From NCBI GenBank assembly GCA_030740155.1, contig JASLXV010000099.1, positions 1 through 30,401 of the forward strand: a stretch of DNA of 30,401 nucleotides, written 5' to 3'. The notes beneath the pieces were generated by a model, which ran no database searches, was not told the DNA's origin, and was given only the letters and a program-made list of their open reading frames with translations. The DNA comes from Dehalococcoidia bacterium. GTDB lineage: Bacteria > Chloroflexota > Dehalococcoidia > Lucifugimonadales > UBA3495. The position numbers were made by a program, and so were the translations under genes. How positions within the stretch are numbered: the stretch's first letter is position 1; each line of letters opens with the position of its first letter. Positions 1 to 9,728 of this stretch are shown one piece after another.

Positions 1-1
1 T

Positions 2-78
2 TGGTGGGCCGTGTGGGAATCGAACCCACGACACCCGGATTAAAAGTCCGGTGCTCTGCCTAGCTGAGCTAACGGCCC
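2..78 (-). tRNA. tRNA-Lys (anticodon UUU)
   Basis: Reverse complement reads GGGCCGTTAGCTCAGCTAGGCAGAGCACCGGACTTTTAATCCGGGTGTCGTGGGTTCGATTCCCACACGGCCCACCA: acceptor stem, D arm, anticodon loop CTTTTAA, GTTCGA T-loop, encoded CCA. Confidence 0.97.
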
Positions 79-187
79 GTGTCTGGCCAGTGCCGAGGCT
101 TCTCGATCAGAGAGGGCGTGGGACATCCTATCCGGCCGGAAACAGTGGATGAGGACCCCATACAATCGTACAGGCTAGCCGAACAGT

Positions 188-215
188 ATTCTATCATCTG
201 CCGTGCCAAGGGCAA
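188..215 (-). promoter_or_regulatory. Putative sigma70 promoter for tRNA-Lys
   Basis: Minus strand TTGCCC-N16-TAGAAT with extended -10 TG, about 110 nt upstream of the tRNA. Confidence 0.5.
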
Positions 216-705
216 GACGTCTTCGGCGTGGCGTTGCCCGCAAATCGGCTGGGCCGCTTCCTCGGTCACCGGCAACAGCCATAGGTGGCCGGTTTCCCGG
301 TAACGCCGGCCTGAGCGTCTATCCCTTACTGTTACTGCTTCTACTTATATAGATACCAACGTTACCAAAGCTTCCGAACTGAACCTCGGGCCGAACACCG
401 CGCTTCGACCGAAAGCAACCTCGCATTCAGGTTCCTCAGCCGGTCCAGGCGGGCCAAAGTCTGCAATATGCACATCCACTCGCTCCGCCGCGCCACCTTC
501 TCGCCCTACATTAAAATAGGTCGGTGATGGGGAAATAGGCCGGTAATGGGCGGAGATTTCTTCCCACCGCAACAAATCTCGGCCATCCGCGCTAGGACGA
601 TCCGGACTCGTGGATACAGCCCCACTCGGAGCCAGCAGCATTCCCCCGGCCACCGCCTCGCGATTTCCCCCAGACTGCAGATCGCCGGTGTTACCGCACC
701 GGCGC

Positions 706-734
706 TTGACACGCGGGCCAATTGGGCCTACATT
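706..734 (+). promoter_or_regulatory. Putative sigma70 promoter upstream of ABC binding protein
   Basis: TTGACA(706-711)-N17-TACATT(729-734). Confidence 0.55.
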
Positions 735-1099
735 CCTAATGGTCACGTCAGCATTGGAAGCATCGGAACTTATGATGTTATGGGCAGGTTTATATTCCGC
801 AACGCGGGTGAGGCTTGGCTTTCCGTCCAGCAATTGAAAGGCCCACCGAAAACCATTCCGGGGTGAGCCGGCCGGACCGAAGGCAGGCTTTTACAAGCAT
901 CGACTTGTAGCGGTGGGCGTTGTGACCCGAGTGTGAACTCCTTTGCTGCCGGGGCTTCCGGCATTACCGGGGTTGACCACCAGGATCTTCGAATAGGGCA
1001 TCCGCTCCACAACGTCCTCTCCTCTGTGTTTTCGAATGGTCCGCGAGGATTCTGCGTTCGTGCCTTGGTCAGACTTGGCACAAGATTAAGGAGGATAAC

Positions 1100-2791
1100 A
1101 TGGGTTCTGCACGACATTTCAGACCGCGAGGGCTGGCGCTTTTCCTTGCGCTGGCGCTGGGGGTGTTTGCCTTAGCCTGCGGAGCATCCGCGACGGCTAC
1201 TCCCCGCCCCACCGCCGTTCCCGCCGCCACGTCCGTGCCGGTGGCGACTGCCGTTCCCGCCCCAACCGAGCCGGTGGCCGAAGTTGCAACGGGCAGTCTG
1301 GTCATCGCCCTCCAAGACTTTGGGGTACAAACCTGGGAGCCCTGGATTGGGCCTTCGAGCCACGTCAGGGACTTCGTCTTGGAGCCGCCACTCTACAATG
1401 ACCCCGAGACCGGCTGGATCATACCCGGCCTCATCACCGAGTGGGACATGTCCCCGGATGGCAAAGTTTGGACCTACACCACCCGCGAGAACGTGAAGTT
1501 CCATGACGGTGGCGATTTCAGCGCCGAAGATATTGCGTACACCGCCAAGTTTGGCCTGGAAAAAGAAGACCTGACCATGGACGCCTTTGTCCAGATATCG
1601 AAGAACATGGCGTCGGTGAACGTATTGGGCCCCAATAGCGTGGAAATGGTATTCAACAGCCCCATGCCCACCTTTACGGTGGCTCAACTCTCCCAGCAAC
1701 ACGCCCGCTTCAACGTTTCAAGCAAGGCCTACTGGGAAGAAGTGGGAGAAGAAGTGGCGGTACGGGAACCCATAGGTACCGGACCGTGGAAGCTCGTGGA
1801 CCAGACGATCGGTTCTTCGGCGACCTTCGATGCCTTCAATGACTATTGGGGCGGGGTCCCACCCTTCAAGGACCTCGAGCTTCAGTTCATACCGGAACAC
1901 GCCACCAGGATTGCCCTTCTAAGTGCGGGCGAGGCGGATATCGTGGACCTGCCGTTGCTGGTGGTGGATGAGGTCGAGGCCTCCGGTTTCGATATCGTGT
2001 TGACCCCCGGTGTGATAACCCCGTTCATGGTGTTCGGCGGCAGCGATCGTGTGGACGCGGCCACCTACGATCCCGATCTCCCCTGGAACAAGGACGCGAG
2101 GGTGCGTGAAGCCATGGCCCTGGCCGTTGACCAGGACGCGATTATCCAGGGCATCTACAAGGGCCGGGCCCTGCCCGCGGCGGTCCCGTTCATGGCGGCT
2201 GGAGTCGTCGGTTTCGACAGGATCCAGCACCTAGAGCCATACCCCTTCGACCTGCCAAAGGCGAAGCAGCTTCTGGCCGATGCCGGCTATCCGGATGGCT
2301 TTGACGTAGAGATCCGCACCGTGTCCCTCGGCGGCGCCCCGGAGCTTCCGGAACTGGCCGAGGCAATGGCGATCATGTGGGAGGCTCTGGGCCTGAATAC
2401 CAGTATCCTGCCTTCCGACTGGAGGGCCCAGGTGGCCCCGGCCTTCAAGAAGCAAGAGCCAATGCCCTACCTGATAATGATGCGGCACAGCACCGTCCCA
2501 ATCCCTGATGTCAGGTTGGCGTCCTACTCCTCGAACTATTTCTACTTCGAGGCGGGGGCGGAAAACGACGAACTCGTGGCTCTTACCAAATCAGTTACCG
2601 ACGCGGTGGACATGGACGTGAAGTCTGATGCCATCGCCGCGCTCAACCAGTTCGTGTACGACCGGTACGCCACGATCCCCGTAGCCATTACGCCCACGGC
2701 GTTTGGCGTCAGCAAAAAGGTGGCGGCCTGGCCCACGGTACCCGGCGTGGTTTACATCCACAACATCCATCTGATCACGCCTGGCGAATAG
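1100..2791 (+). CDS. ABC transporter substrate-binding lipoprotein, peptide/nickel family (SBP family 5)
   Basis: SD AAGGAGG; lipobox ALAC; Pro/Thr/Ala linker; family motifs KFHDG, PIGTGPW, RVREAMALAVD, AKQLLADAGYPDGF. Confidence 0.93.
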   Translation: MGSARHFRPRGLALFLALALGVFALACGASATATPRPTAVPAATSVPVATAVPAPTEPVAEVATGSLVIALQDFGVQTWEPWIGPSSHVRDFVLEPPLYNDPETGWIIPGLITEWDMSPDGKVWTYTTRENVKFHDGGDFSAEDIAYTAKFGLEKEDLTMDAFVQISKNMASVNVLGPNSVEMVFNSPMPTFTVAQLSQQHARFNVSSKAYWEEVGEEVAVREPIGTGPWKLVDQTIGSSATFDAFNDYWGGVPPFKDLELQFIPEHATRIALLSAGEADIVDLPLLVVDEVEASGFDIVLTPGVITPFMVFGGSDRVDAATYDPDLPWNKDARVREAMALAVDQDAIIQGIYKGRALPAAVPFMAAGVVGFDRIQHLEPYPFDLPKAKQLLADAGYPDGFDVEIRTVSLGGAPELPELAEAMAIMWEALGLNTSILPSDWRAQVAPAFKKQEPMPYLIMMRHSTVPIPDVRLASYSSNYFYFEAGAENDELVALTKSVTDAVDMDVKSDAIAALNQFVYDRYATIPVAITPTAFGVSKKVAAWPTVPGVVYIHNIHLITPGE

Positions 2792-2811
2792 ATCCAAGCT
2801 AGACAATCGAG

Positions 2812-2855
2812 GTGGCCCTCCGGTTCCGCTGATCCGTCGGCGGGCCCGGGGGCAC
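2812..2855 (+). other. GC-rich stem-loop downstream of the SBP gene (possible mRNA stabiliser or terminator)
   Basis: CCGCTGA-TCCG-TCGGCGG core extended by CCGG/CCGG and CCC/GGG pairs; no U tract. Confidence 0.35.
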
Positions 2856-3248
2856 TCGAAGAATGTAACGAGGCCGACATACCGGCCAGACCAACCAATG
2901 GACAGGAAAGAGACGGCTGGCCCGGTTCACGGGATGGCCGTCTCTTCTCTATCATGCAGCCGCTTGCGGCCCAGCGGAGAAGGTGGCGGTGGCGGTGCAT
3001 CGGGTCCAGCGCATCGGAGGGTCTGCCTCTTGCCGTGCGGCGCCCCGGAGCAGGTTTGCCGCCGCCGTCTATAATGTATGTTCATTTGCCTTTCAATTTG
3101 AGGAAACGCTCAGAATACCTGGCCGGTGGCCAACCCGCGAGAATGCGGCTGGTTTGAGAGGGAGTCCTCCGACAGCCACGGGCCGGGCCGGCAGCAAAAG
3201 GGTAACGGGTAGGGTGAGTGACGAAGTGATCCCAGGGGATTAATCGCG

Positions 3249-4166
3249 ATGCAGAAGTACGCGTTACAGCGTTTTTTTCAATCCGTTCTCGCACTGCTAT
3301 TCCTGACGATGATTGTATTCGCCATGACTCATGCCACCGGCGATTCGGTCAACATGCTGGTCCATGAAGAAGCGACGTTAGAAGACGTGGAACGGGTGAG
3401 AAAGTCTTTGGGGCTTGACAAGCCCCTGGTAATACAATATTTCGTCTACTTGGGCGATCTTGCCCGAGGCGATCTGGGGGATTCCCTCCGGGAGCGCCGG
3501 CCGGCAACGGAAATCTTGAAGGAGAGAATACCCGCAACCTTCCAGCTTGGTCTCGTGGCTACTCTTTTCGCCACCATGATCGCAATTCCGGTTGGAGTCC
3601 TCTCGGCGGTGAAGAGAGGGACGGTGGTGGACCTCATGGCCAGGCTGTTCGCCCTGCTGGGGCAGGCCGTCCCCCCCTTCTGGCTGGGAATAGTCCTCAT
3701 CCTCATCTTTTCCGTCACCCTTGGGCTGTTGCCGGTTGCCGGCAATAAAGGGCCCCTCAGTTTCGTCCTACCCGCCATAACGGCCGGATGGTACATGAGC
3801 GCCGGCATGATGAGGCTTACCCGGTCCGCCATGCTGGAGGTATTGGACAGCGAGTACGTGAAGCTCGCCCGGGCCAAGGGCGCCTCCCGCCGCACCGTCA
3901 TCTGGAAGCATGCTTTCAGGAACACCCTCATCCCCGTCGTTACCTTCGGAGGCATGATGCTGGCGGGCCTGTTGCACGGCATCATGGTCGTTGAGATGGT
4001 CTTCGCCTGGCCGGGCCTTGGGAGGGCGGCACTGCAGGGGGTCTACGAAAGGGACACCTCCGTCGTGCAAGCCACCATCTTGGTGTTCGCTTTGCTCTAC
4101 CTGGGCATGAATTTCATTGTGGACATTCTCTACGCCTACATAGACCCAAGGATTCGATACAACTAG
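3249..4166 (+). CDS. Peptide/nickel ABC transporter permease (DppB/OppB-like)
   Basis: LGLDKPLVIQY, GDLGDS, EAA loop (SEYVKLARAKG), VEMVFAWPGLG, C-terminal DPRIRY. Confidence 0.95.
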   Translation: MQKYALQRFFQSVLALLFLTMIVFAMTHATGDSVNMLVHEEATLEDVERVRKSLGLDKPLVIQYFVYLGDLARGDLGDSLRERRPATEILKERIPATFQLGLVATLFATMIAIPVGVLSAVKRGTVVDLMARLFALLGQAVPPFWLGIVLILIFSVTLGLLPVAGNKGPLSFVLPAITAGWYMSAGMMRLTRSAMLEVLDSEYVKLARAKGASRRTVIWKHAFRNTLIPVVTFGGMMLAGLLHGIMVVEMVFAWPGLGRAALQGVYERDTSVVQATILVFALLYLGMNFIVDILYAYIDPRIRYN

Positions 4167-4258
4167 CAGGTTTCAAACGTGCGCCTTGAAAGAGCGAACC
4201 ACCCGATGGACATGACACTTTTACCTACCTACGGCCAGGCATACGGTCAGGTTTCAGC

Positions 4259-5158
4259 ATGAGTTCACCAGTACTTGCCCGGGGCTCGCAGGGCTGGCTC
4301 CAACTAATCGGGCGCCTCCTTAACGGAGTGCGACACGAGCCCGGCCTGGCGATTCCCTGCGGTCTACTGCTTTTGGCCGTGATGACCGCCCTGTTGGCTC
4401 CGGTTATCTCACCTTATTCCCCGACCGAGGGTTCTTTGCTGAAAAGCCTGCAGCCGCCCGTCTGGCAGGATGGCGGCAGCATGGATCACATCTTGGGGAC
4501 CGATTTCCAGGGCCGGGACGTGCTTAGCCGGCTGATCCATGGTTCCAGGGTATCCCTGGCCGTCGCCGCGGTGTCCATTTTCGTCGCGGGCTTCATGGGC
4601 CTGGTCTTGGGGCTGATGGCTGGATACTTCGGGAAAGCGGTCGATGCTCTGATCATGCGCATCGCCGATATGTTTTTCGCCCTGCCCATGATCTTGTTCG
4701 GCCTCCTGTTCGCCATGACCCTGGGCCCAAGCTTCCGAAACGTTATCATCGTGATAGTGCTCACCATCTGGGGAAGATTTGCCCGGCAGGTACGCGGCGA
4801 AGTGCTGAGCGTCAGGGAACGGGACTTCGTGGCGCTGGCCCGGGTCGCCGGCGCATCGAACAGGCGCATCCTGATAACCCACATCTTGCCCAACGTGGCG
4901 AACTCGATCATCGTTCTCGCCACCTGGCAGGTGGGCCTGGTCATTCTGATGGAGGCGTCCCTCAGCTTCCTGGGCGTGGGCATACCGCCGCCCACCCCTT
5001 CTTGGGGGACCATGGTAGCCGACGGCAGACTGTGGATAGCGAGCGCATGGTGGGTCTCCGTGATCCCCGGACTGGCGATCCTCGTCACCATCCTTGCCAT
5101 GAACATGGTTGGGGATTGGCTCCGCGACTACCTCGACCCGAGGCTCAGACAGCTTTAA
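4259..5158 (+). CDS. Peptide/nickel ABC transporter permease (DppC/OppC-like)
   Basis: HILGTDFQGRDVLSR, EAA loop (DFVALARVAGAS), EASLSFLGVG, PSWG, GDWLRDYLDPR; start position uncertain. Confidence 0.94.
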   Translation: MSSPVLARGSQGWLQLIGRLLNGVRHEPGLAIPCGLLLLAVMTALLAPVISPYSPTEGSLLKSLQPPVWQDGGSMDHILGTDFQGRDVLSRLIHGSRVSLAVAAVSIFVAGFMGLVLGLMAGYFGKAVDALIMRIADMFFALPMILFGLLFAMTLGPSFRNVIIVIVLTIWGRFARQVRGEVLSVRERDFVALARVAGASNRRILITHILPNVANSIIVLATWQVGLVILMEASLSFLGVGIPPPTPSWGTMVADGRLWIASAWWVSVIPGLAILVTILAMNMVGDWLRDYLDPRLRQL

Positions 5159-5541
5159 CGATGGCGTCTCCTGCGGGCTCCTCGGCGCTTCGCATCCCAT
5201 CTCGCCGGTACGGAGTGTAGTGGCGGCTTCGGTTGGCGCCGAACAACCGGGCGCTACCCGAGCCATAGCCGTTCCCCGTATCTGGGCCCTCGTCACCGGG
5301 CCCTCCGGGCGCCAACACGCCCAGCGGGACGCGGACCCCCCGCCGGTGGCGCCGTGGGTCGGAGACCTGAGTCGATTGCCCGCATCGAGCCGCTGGGAGG
5401 CCGCGGCTAAATGCCAACCTTCAACGCCGTTGGCCGCCCAGATGCCGCGGGGTATTCGCCCATCATCCCTTGGGGAGAAGGGGTCACCAGAAACTCCGTG
5501 CCGGACACTCACTATCCATGGAACACGTAGAGGAGGTAGTC

Positions 5542-6324
5542 ATGACCACCAATGAGCCGGTAGTCACCTACGAGAAACGGGGGCAGGTTGCCTACATAAC
5601 CCTCAACCGGCCCCGGGCCCTGAACGCGATCAACAGCGAACTCCAACAGCGCCTGAACGACGTCTTGATCGAGTTCCGGGATGAGGACGAGATGCTGGTC
5701 GCCGTCGTTACCGGTGAGGGCGGCCGGGCCTTCTCCGCCGGGGCCGACCTGAAAGAGATCAACCAGTCGCAGACCATTGGCCCCGCCCGGAGCCTTCCCT
5801 ACACCCCCTTGCGGGCGGTTAATCTCTGGAAGCCCGTCATCGCCGCCATAGACGGCTACTGCCTGGGTGGGGGCCTGGAGCTGGCCCTCCAGTGCGACAT
5901 ACGGATCGCCACCCAAAAATCGGTCTTTGGACTGCCAGAACCCCGGAACTCCGGAGGGCTGGCCGGTTTCGGCCTTTTCTACCTGTCGCGGACCATTCCC
6001 ATGGGAGAGGCCATGTACATGCACCTCACCGGAGCCCACATCGACGCCGATCGGGCTCTCCGCAATGGCCTGATCCAGAGCGTGTCGCCCGACCGGGATG
6101 CCCTCCTGCAGGAGGCGGACCGGATAGCCGAGGAGATTCAGCTTTGCTCGCCCCTGGCCATCCGCAGCATCAAGCAGGTCATATCCCAGACCCGTGACCT
6201 GCCCCTGGAATACGCCGTCAAACTCGCCGAGCCGGTTCTGGAGGCAATTCTAAAGACCGAAGACCGGAAAGAAGCGTCGAGGGCCTTCGTGGAGAAGCGC
6301 AAGCCCCAGTGGAAGATGCGTTAA
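5542..6324 (+). CDS. Enoyl-CoA hydratase/isomerase (crotonase) family protein
   Basis: AGGAGG SD before ATG 5542; TLNRP..LNA, AFSAGADL, GGGLELALQCD, FGLPE (both catalytic Glu positions present), AFVEKRKP. Confidence 0.93.
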   Translation: MTTNEPVVTYEKRGQVAYITLNRPRALNAINSELQQRLNDVLIEFRDEDEMLVAVVTGEGGRAFSAGADLKEINQSQTIGPARSLPYTPLRAVNLWKPVIAAIDGYCLGGGLELALQCDIRIATQKSVFGLPEPRNSGGLAGFGLFYLSRTIPMGEAMYMHLTGAHIDADRALRNGLIQSVSPDRDALLQEADRIAEEIQLCSPLAIRSIKQVISQTRDLPLEYAVKLAEPVLEAILKTEDRKEASRAFVEKRKPQWKMR

Positions 6325-6598
6325 CCGGAAAGGCTGAGGCGATATTAGGGATCCCGGGTCCTGGCGGTCCGGCCACCTGAGAGACCGCCATGATCGACGT
6401 CGCCGTCAAGCATCATGGCCCCAACCCCGAGTTGGCCGGCAAAGGTCGGCCAGCTCGGGGCGGATAGCGTGGAAAGTCGCCACTTACGCCCCACTATCAC
6501 CCAATTGCTCCAATAGGTGACCACGATAGGTCCAAGAAACGGTGGTATTGTTCCGCAAAAAGGGGTAGAATTCGGCAATACTCCGAGCGGGGTCCATC

Positions 6599-6627
6599 TG
6601 GACTTAGGGGGCCACCCGTACTATCAT
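6599..6627 (+). promoter_or_regulatory. Putative sigma70 promoter giving a leaderless rel transcript
   Basis: TGGACT-N17-TATCAT; -10 ends 5 nt before ATG 6633; no SD in between. Confidence 0.5.
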
Positions 6628-6632
6628 CAAGT

Positions 6633-8861
6633 ATGCAGGATGACCGGCATGGGGTAGCGACAAACGGCGTCACAGCCTTGATGGAGCGGGTAGCCGACTA
6701 CTTGCCCCACGATTTGACGGAGCAGGTCGGCAGGGCCTACGCCTACGCCGACGAGTGTCACCGCGGCCAAACGCGGAAATCTGGCGAGCCCTACATCGCC
6801 CACCCCCTGGAAACTGCCCTCTTCCTCGCCAACCTCCACCTGGATTCCAACACCATCATCGCCGCCCTACTCCATGACGTGGTGGAGGACTGCGACGTTA
6901 CCCTGGAGGACGTGGCGGCCCGGTTCGGCCCCGAGGCGGCCAAACTGGTCGATGGCGTAACCAAGCTGACCCGTTTGGACGTCCACCTCCACGATATCAA
7001 CGGCCGGGACCCAACCCACTTCGACGACCCGGACAACCTCCGCGCCGAGAGCCTCCGCAAGATGCTGGTCTCAATGGCGGAAGATATCCGGGTCGTGCTC
7101 ATCAAGCTGGCAGACCGGCTCCACAACATGCAGACCCTGAACGCGCTGTCCCCGGAGCAACGGAAGCGCATCGCCCAGGAGACGCTGGATATCTACTCGC
7201 CTCTGGCCCACCGCCTGGGCATTTGGGAGATCAAGTGGCGGCTGGACGATCTGGCGTTCCGCTTCCTGGACGAGGAGCACTACCGGGAGGTCTCCAAGAT
7301 GCTCGCCGCCAAGCGTGGAGAGCGCGAAGCGTACGTGGAGAAAGTCTCCGGCAGACTCCGGGAAGGAATGAAGGAGTTCGGGGTCACGGGAGAAGTGGCG
7401 GGGCGGCCCAAGGGCATCTACAGCACCTACCGCAAGATTCAGAAGTACGCCACCCAAGGCAAAGAGCTGCAGGACATTTACGACCTGTACGCCCTCCGGG
7501 TGCTAGTGGACACCACGGAGGACTGCTACAAGACCCTGGGCGTGATTCACCACCTGTGGCACCCAATCCCCGGCCAGTTTGACGACTACATCGCCAACCC
7601 CAAAGAGAACCTGTACCAGGCGCTGCATACCACGGTGATCTGCGACGGCGGCAACCCCCTGGAGGTGCAGATCAAGACCTACGAGCTGCACCAGATCGCC
7701 GAGTACGGCGTGGCGGCCCACTGGCGCTACAAAGAGGGCAAGTCCGGCGACAAGCGTTTCGAAGAGAAGATGACCTGGTTGCGCCAACTCCTGGAATGGC
7801 AACGAGAAGTGGTTGGCACCGACGAGTTCATCGAGTCGGTCAAGCATGACTTCTTCCGCGACCAGGTGTTCGTCTACACCCCCAAGGGGGACATCGCCGA
7901 GCTGACCGCGGGCTCCACCCCCATCGACTTCGCCTATAAAATCCACACCGAGCTGGGGCACATGTGTGCGGGCGCCAAGGTCAACGGCCGGCTGGTTGCG
8001 CTGGACACCACTTTGAAAAACGGCGACACCGTGGAAGTCGTGGTCTCCAAGGCCGGGCGGGGGCCCAGCCTCGACTGGCTCAACCCCAACCGGGGATACG
8101 TGGTCACGGCCAGCGCCCGCCAGAAGGTGCGCCTTTGGTTCCGGAAACAGGCCCGTGGCAGCAATATCCAACGGGGCCGGGAGCTGCTGCGCCGGGAACT
8201 TCGCCGGCTCCACCAGCGGCTGGGCGACGCGGAAGTTTTGGCCATCTGTAAGCACGACAATATGAATGACTTCCTGGCCGCCCTCGGCTCCGGGATCATC
8301 ACGGAAAGCCAGGTGGCCCACCGGCTGGCCCAGGCCCGGCAGGCCGCGGAGCCGTCCATCGAGCAAGCCAAGCCCAGCGTGCCCGTCTCCAGCCCCAGTT
8401 CAGGCATCACCGTCTTGGGTGTCGGGGACCTTTTGATTCGCGTGGGCCGGTGCTGCAACCCGATTCCGGGGGACGATATTCTCGGCTTCATCACCCGGGC
8501 CCGGGGGGTTACTGTCCACAAGAAAGATTGCCCCAGCCTGAGGAACGAGGACGAGCAGGAACGCATCGTGAAGGTGGAGTGGGGGGAGATTCGGGAGATG
8601 TACCCGGTCCGCGTCAAGATGAAGGCCTACGACCGGGTGGGACTGCTGCGGGACGTCACCGTGGCGGTGTCCGAAGAACACGTGAACATCGCCTCGGTGA
8701 TAACCCAGGAGCACCCCGACGGCTCGGTCACCATGGAGTTGACCCTCCACACCACCGGCCTGGACCAGCTTGGCAAGCTGTTCACCAAACTGGAACGGGT
8801 CCAGAGCGTCACCTCCGTCACCCGGGACCGCTCGAGCATTCCCGCCCCCACCCGTGGCTGA
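6633..8861 (+). CDS. rel: Bifunctional (p)ppGpp synthetase/hydrolase, long RSH
   Basis: RKSGEPYIAHP, intact HD motif AALLHDVVED, IKLADRLHNM, YQALHT, AEYGVAAHW, TGS domain (VYTPKG..DFAYKIHT), CC domain (RCCNPIPGD..HKKDC), ACT domain (DRVGLLRD). Confidence 0.97.
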   Translation: MQDDRHGVATNGVTALMERVADYLPHDLTEQVGRAYAYADECHRGQTRKSGEPYIAHPLETALFLANLHLDSNTIIAALLHDVVEDCDVTLEDVAARFGPEAAKLVDGVTKLTRLDVHLHDINGRDPTHFDDPDNLRAESLRKMLVSMAEDIRVVLIKLADRLHNMQTLNALSPEQRKRIAQETLDIYSPLAHRLGIWEIKWRLDDLAFRFLDEEHYREVSKMLAAKRGEREAYVEKVSGRLREGMKEFGVTGEVAGRPKGIYSTYRKIQKYATQGKELQDIYDLYALRVLVDTTEDCYKTLGVIHHLWHPIPGQFDDYIANPKENLYQALHTTVICDGGNPLEVQIKTYELHQIAEYGVAAHWRYKEGKSGDKRFEEKMTWLRQLLEWQREVVGTDEFIESVKHDFFRDQVFVYTPKGDIAELTAGSTPIDFAYKIHTELGHMCAGAKVNGRLVALDTTLKNGDTVEVVVSKAGRGPSLDWLNPNRGYVVTASARQKVRLWFRKQARGSNIQRGRELLRRELRRLHQRLGDAEVLAICKHDNMNDFLAALGSGIITESQVAHRLAQARQAAEPSIEQAKPSVPVSSPSSGITVLGVGDLLIRVGRCCNPIPGDDILGFITRARGVTVHKKDCPSLRNEDEQERIVKVEWGEIREMYPVRVKMKAYDRVGLLRDVTVAVSEEHVNIASVITQEHPDGSVTMELTLHTTGLDQLGKLFTKLERVQSVTSVTRDRSSIPAPTRG

Positions 8862-9054
8862 CCCTCAAGAGAGGAACGCCGCGCCATCCCCTGCCGTCGC
8901 TGCCCGTGCCTCCAGGTTCCCATGCCGGGCGCCTACCGGCGGCACCGGCCGCGTTTAACAAATGCGGCGTTCCCGTTGCTCCTAATGGATCCACCGAAGA
9001 ACGCCATGCGCTTGATGCGCCATCCGCCAGAAACGCCATCCGGAGGTGAGCCCA

Positions 9055-9450
9055 ATGCCAGGAAGAACACCGGTCATTCCCCCGGGAGCCGCCCCGAATC
9101 CGGCCCTCTCCCCCGGTATACGGATCGGGAATCTTCTGTTCGTCTCCGGCCACGTGGCCCTGGACGGCAGCGGCAAGCTAGTCGGGGCCGGCGACTGCGA
9201 GGCCCAGTCCAGGCAGGTCATGGCCAACATCCGGGCCGTGGTGGAGGCCGCCGGGGCCACCATGCAGGACGTGGTCAAGATCACCTGCTTCCTCACCGAG
9301 GGGGCCGACTACCGCGCCTATAGCAAGGTGCGTGCCGAGACCTTCCCCAGCGACCCGCCGGCCAGCAGCACCGTCTTCGTCGCCGCCCTAGTCCGGCCGG
9401 AGTTGATGGTTGAGGTGGAAGCGGTGGTGCACGTGCCCGGTGGCGAGTAA
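9055..9450 (+). CDS. RidA/YjgF/YER057c/UK114 family protein
   Basis: GGAGGTG SD favours ATG 9055; GNLLFVSG, AGATMQDVVK, PPASS, VEVEA. Confidence 0.88.
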   Translation: MPGRTPVIPPGAAPNPALSPGIRIGNLLFVSGHVALDGSGKLVGAGDCEAQSRQVMANIRAVVEAAGATMQDVVKITCFLTEGADYRAYSKVRAETFPSDPPASSTVFVAALVRPELMVEVEAVVHVPGGE

Positions 9451-9728
9451 GTGGAGGACCTAGTGGGGCAGCCGGGATCGCGGAGCCGGAATCTCGTAGA
9501 ATGTAGCGTGCGCCGGGAAATCGGTCCCAGCCTATGGTCCCGGCGCGCTCTCCTGGCGCCCGGCGGCAAGAATGGATACTGTTTGTGACCCCATCGCCAG
9601 CCGGAGGGCCCGTGGCGGAAGGCCGGGGCGGTGAAGAGGAGATTGGCTTCGCCTTTGAGGGCCCGGGCTACGGTTGGGAGACCAACCGCATCGCCCATTG
9701 CCCGAGGGGCCGCCAACGGGAGAGGTAG

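Noticed and set aside
2..78. tRNA-Lys as integration site of an island in this window
   Set aside because: Its 3' end points out of the window; no integrase or duplicated tRNA 3' end seen.
345..866. Overlapping ORFs 345-833 (-) and 546-866 (+)
   Set aside because: No SD, no recognisable domain, atypical codon usage, and overlap a good promoter.
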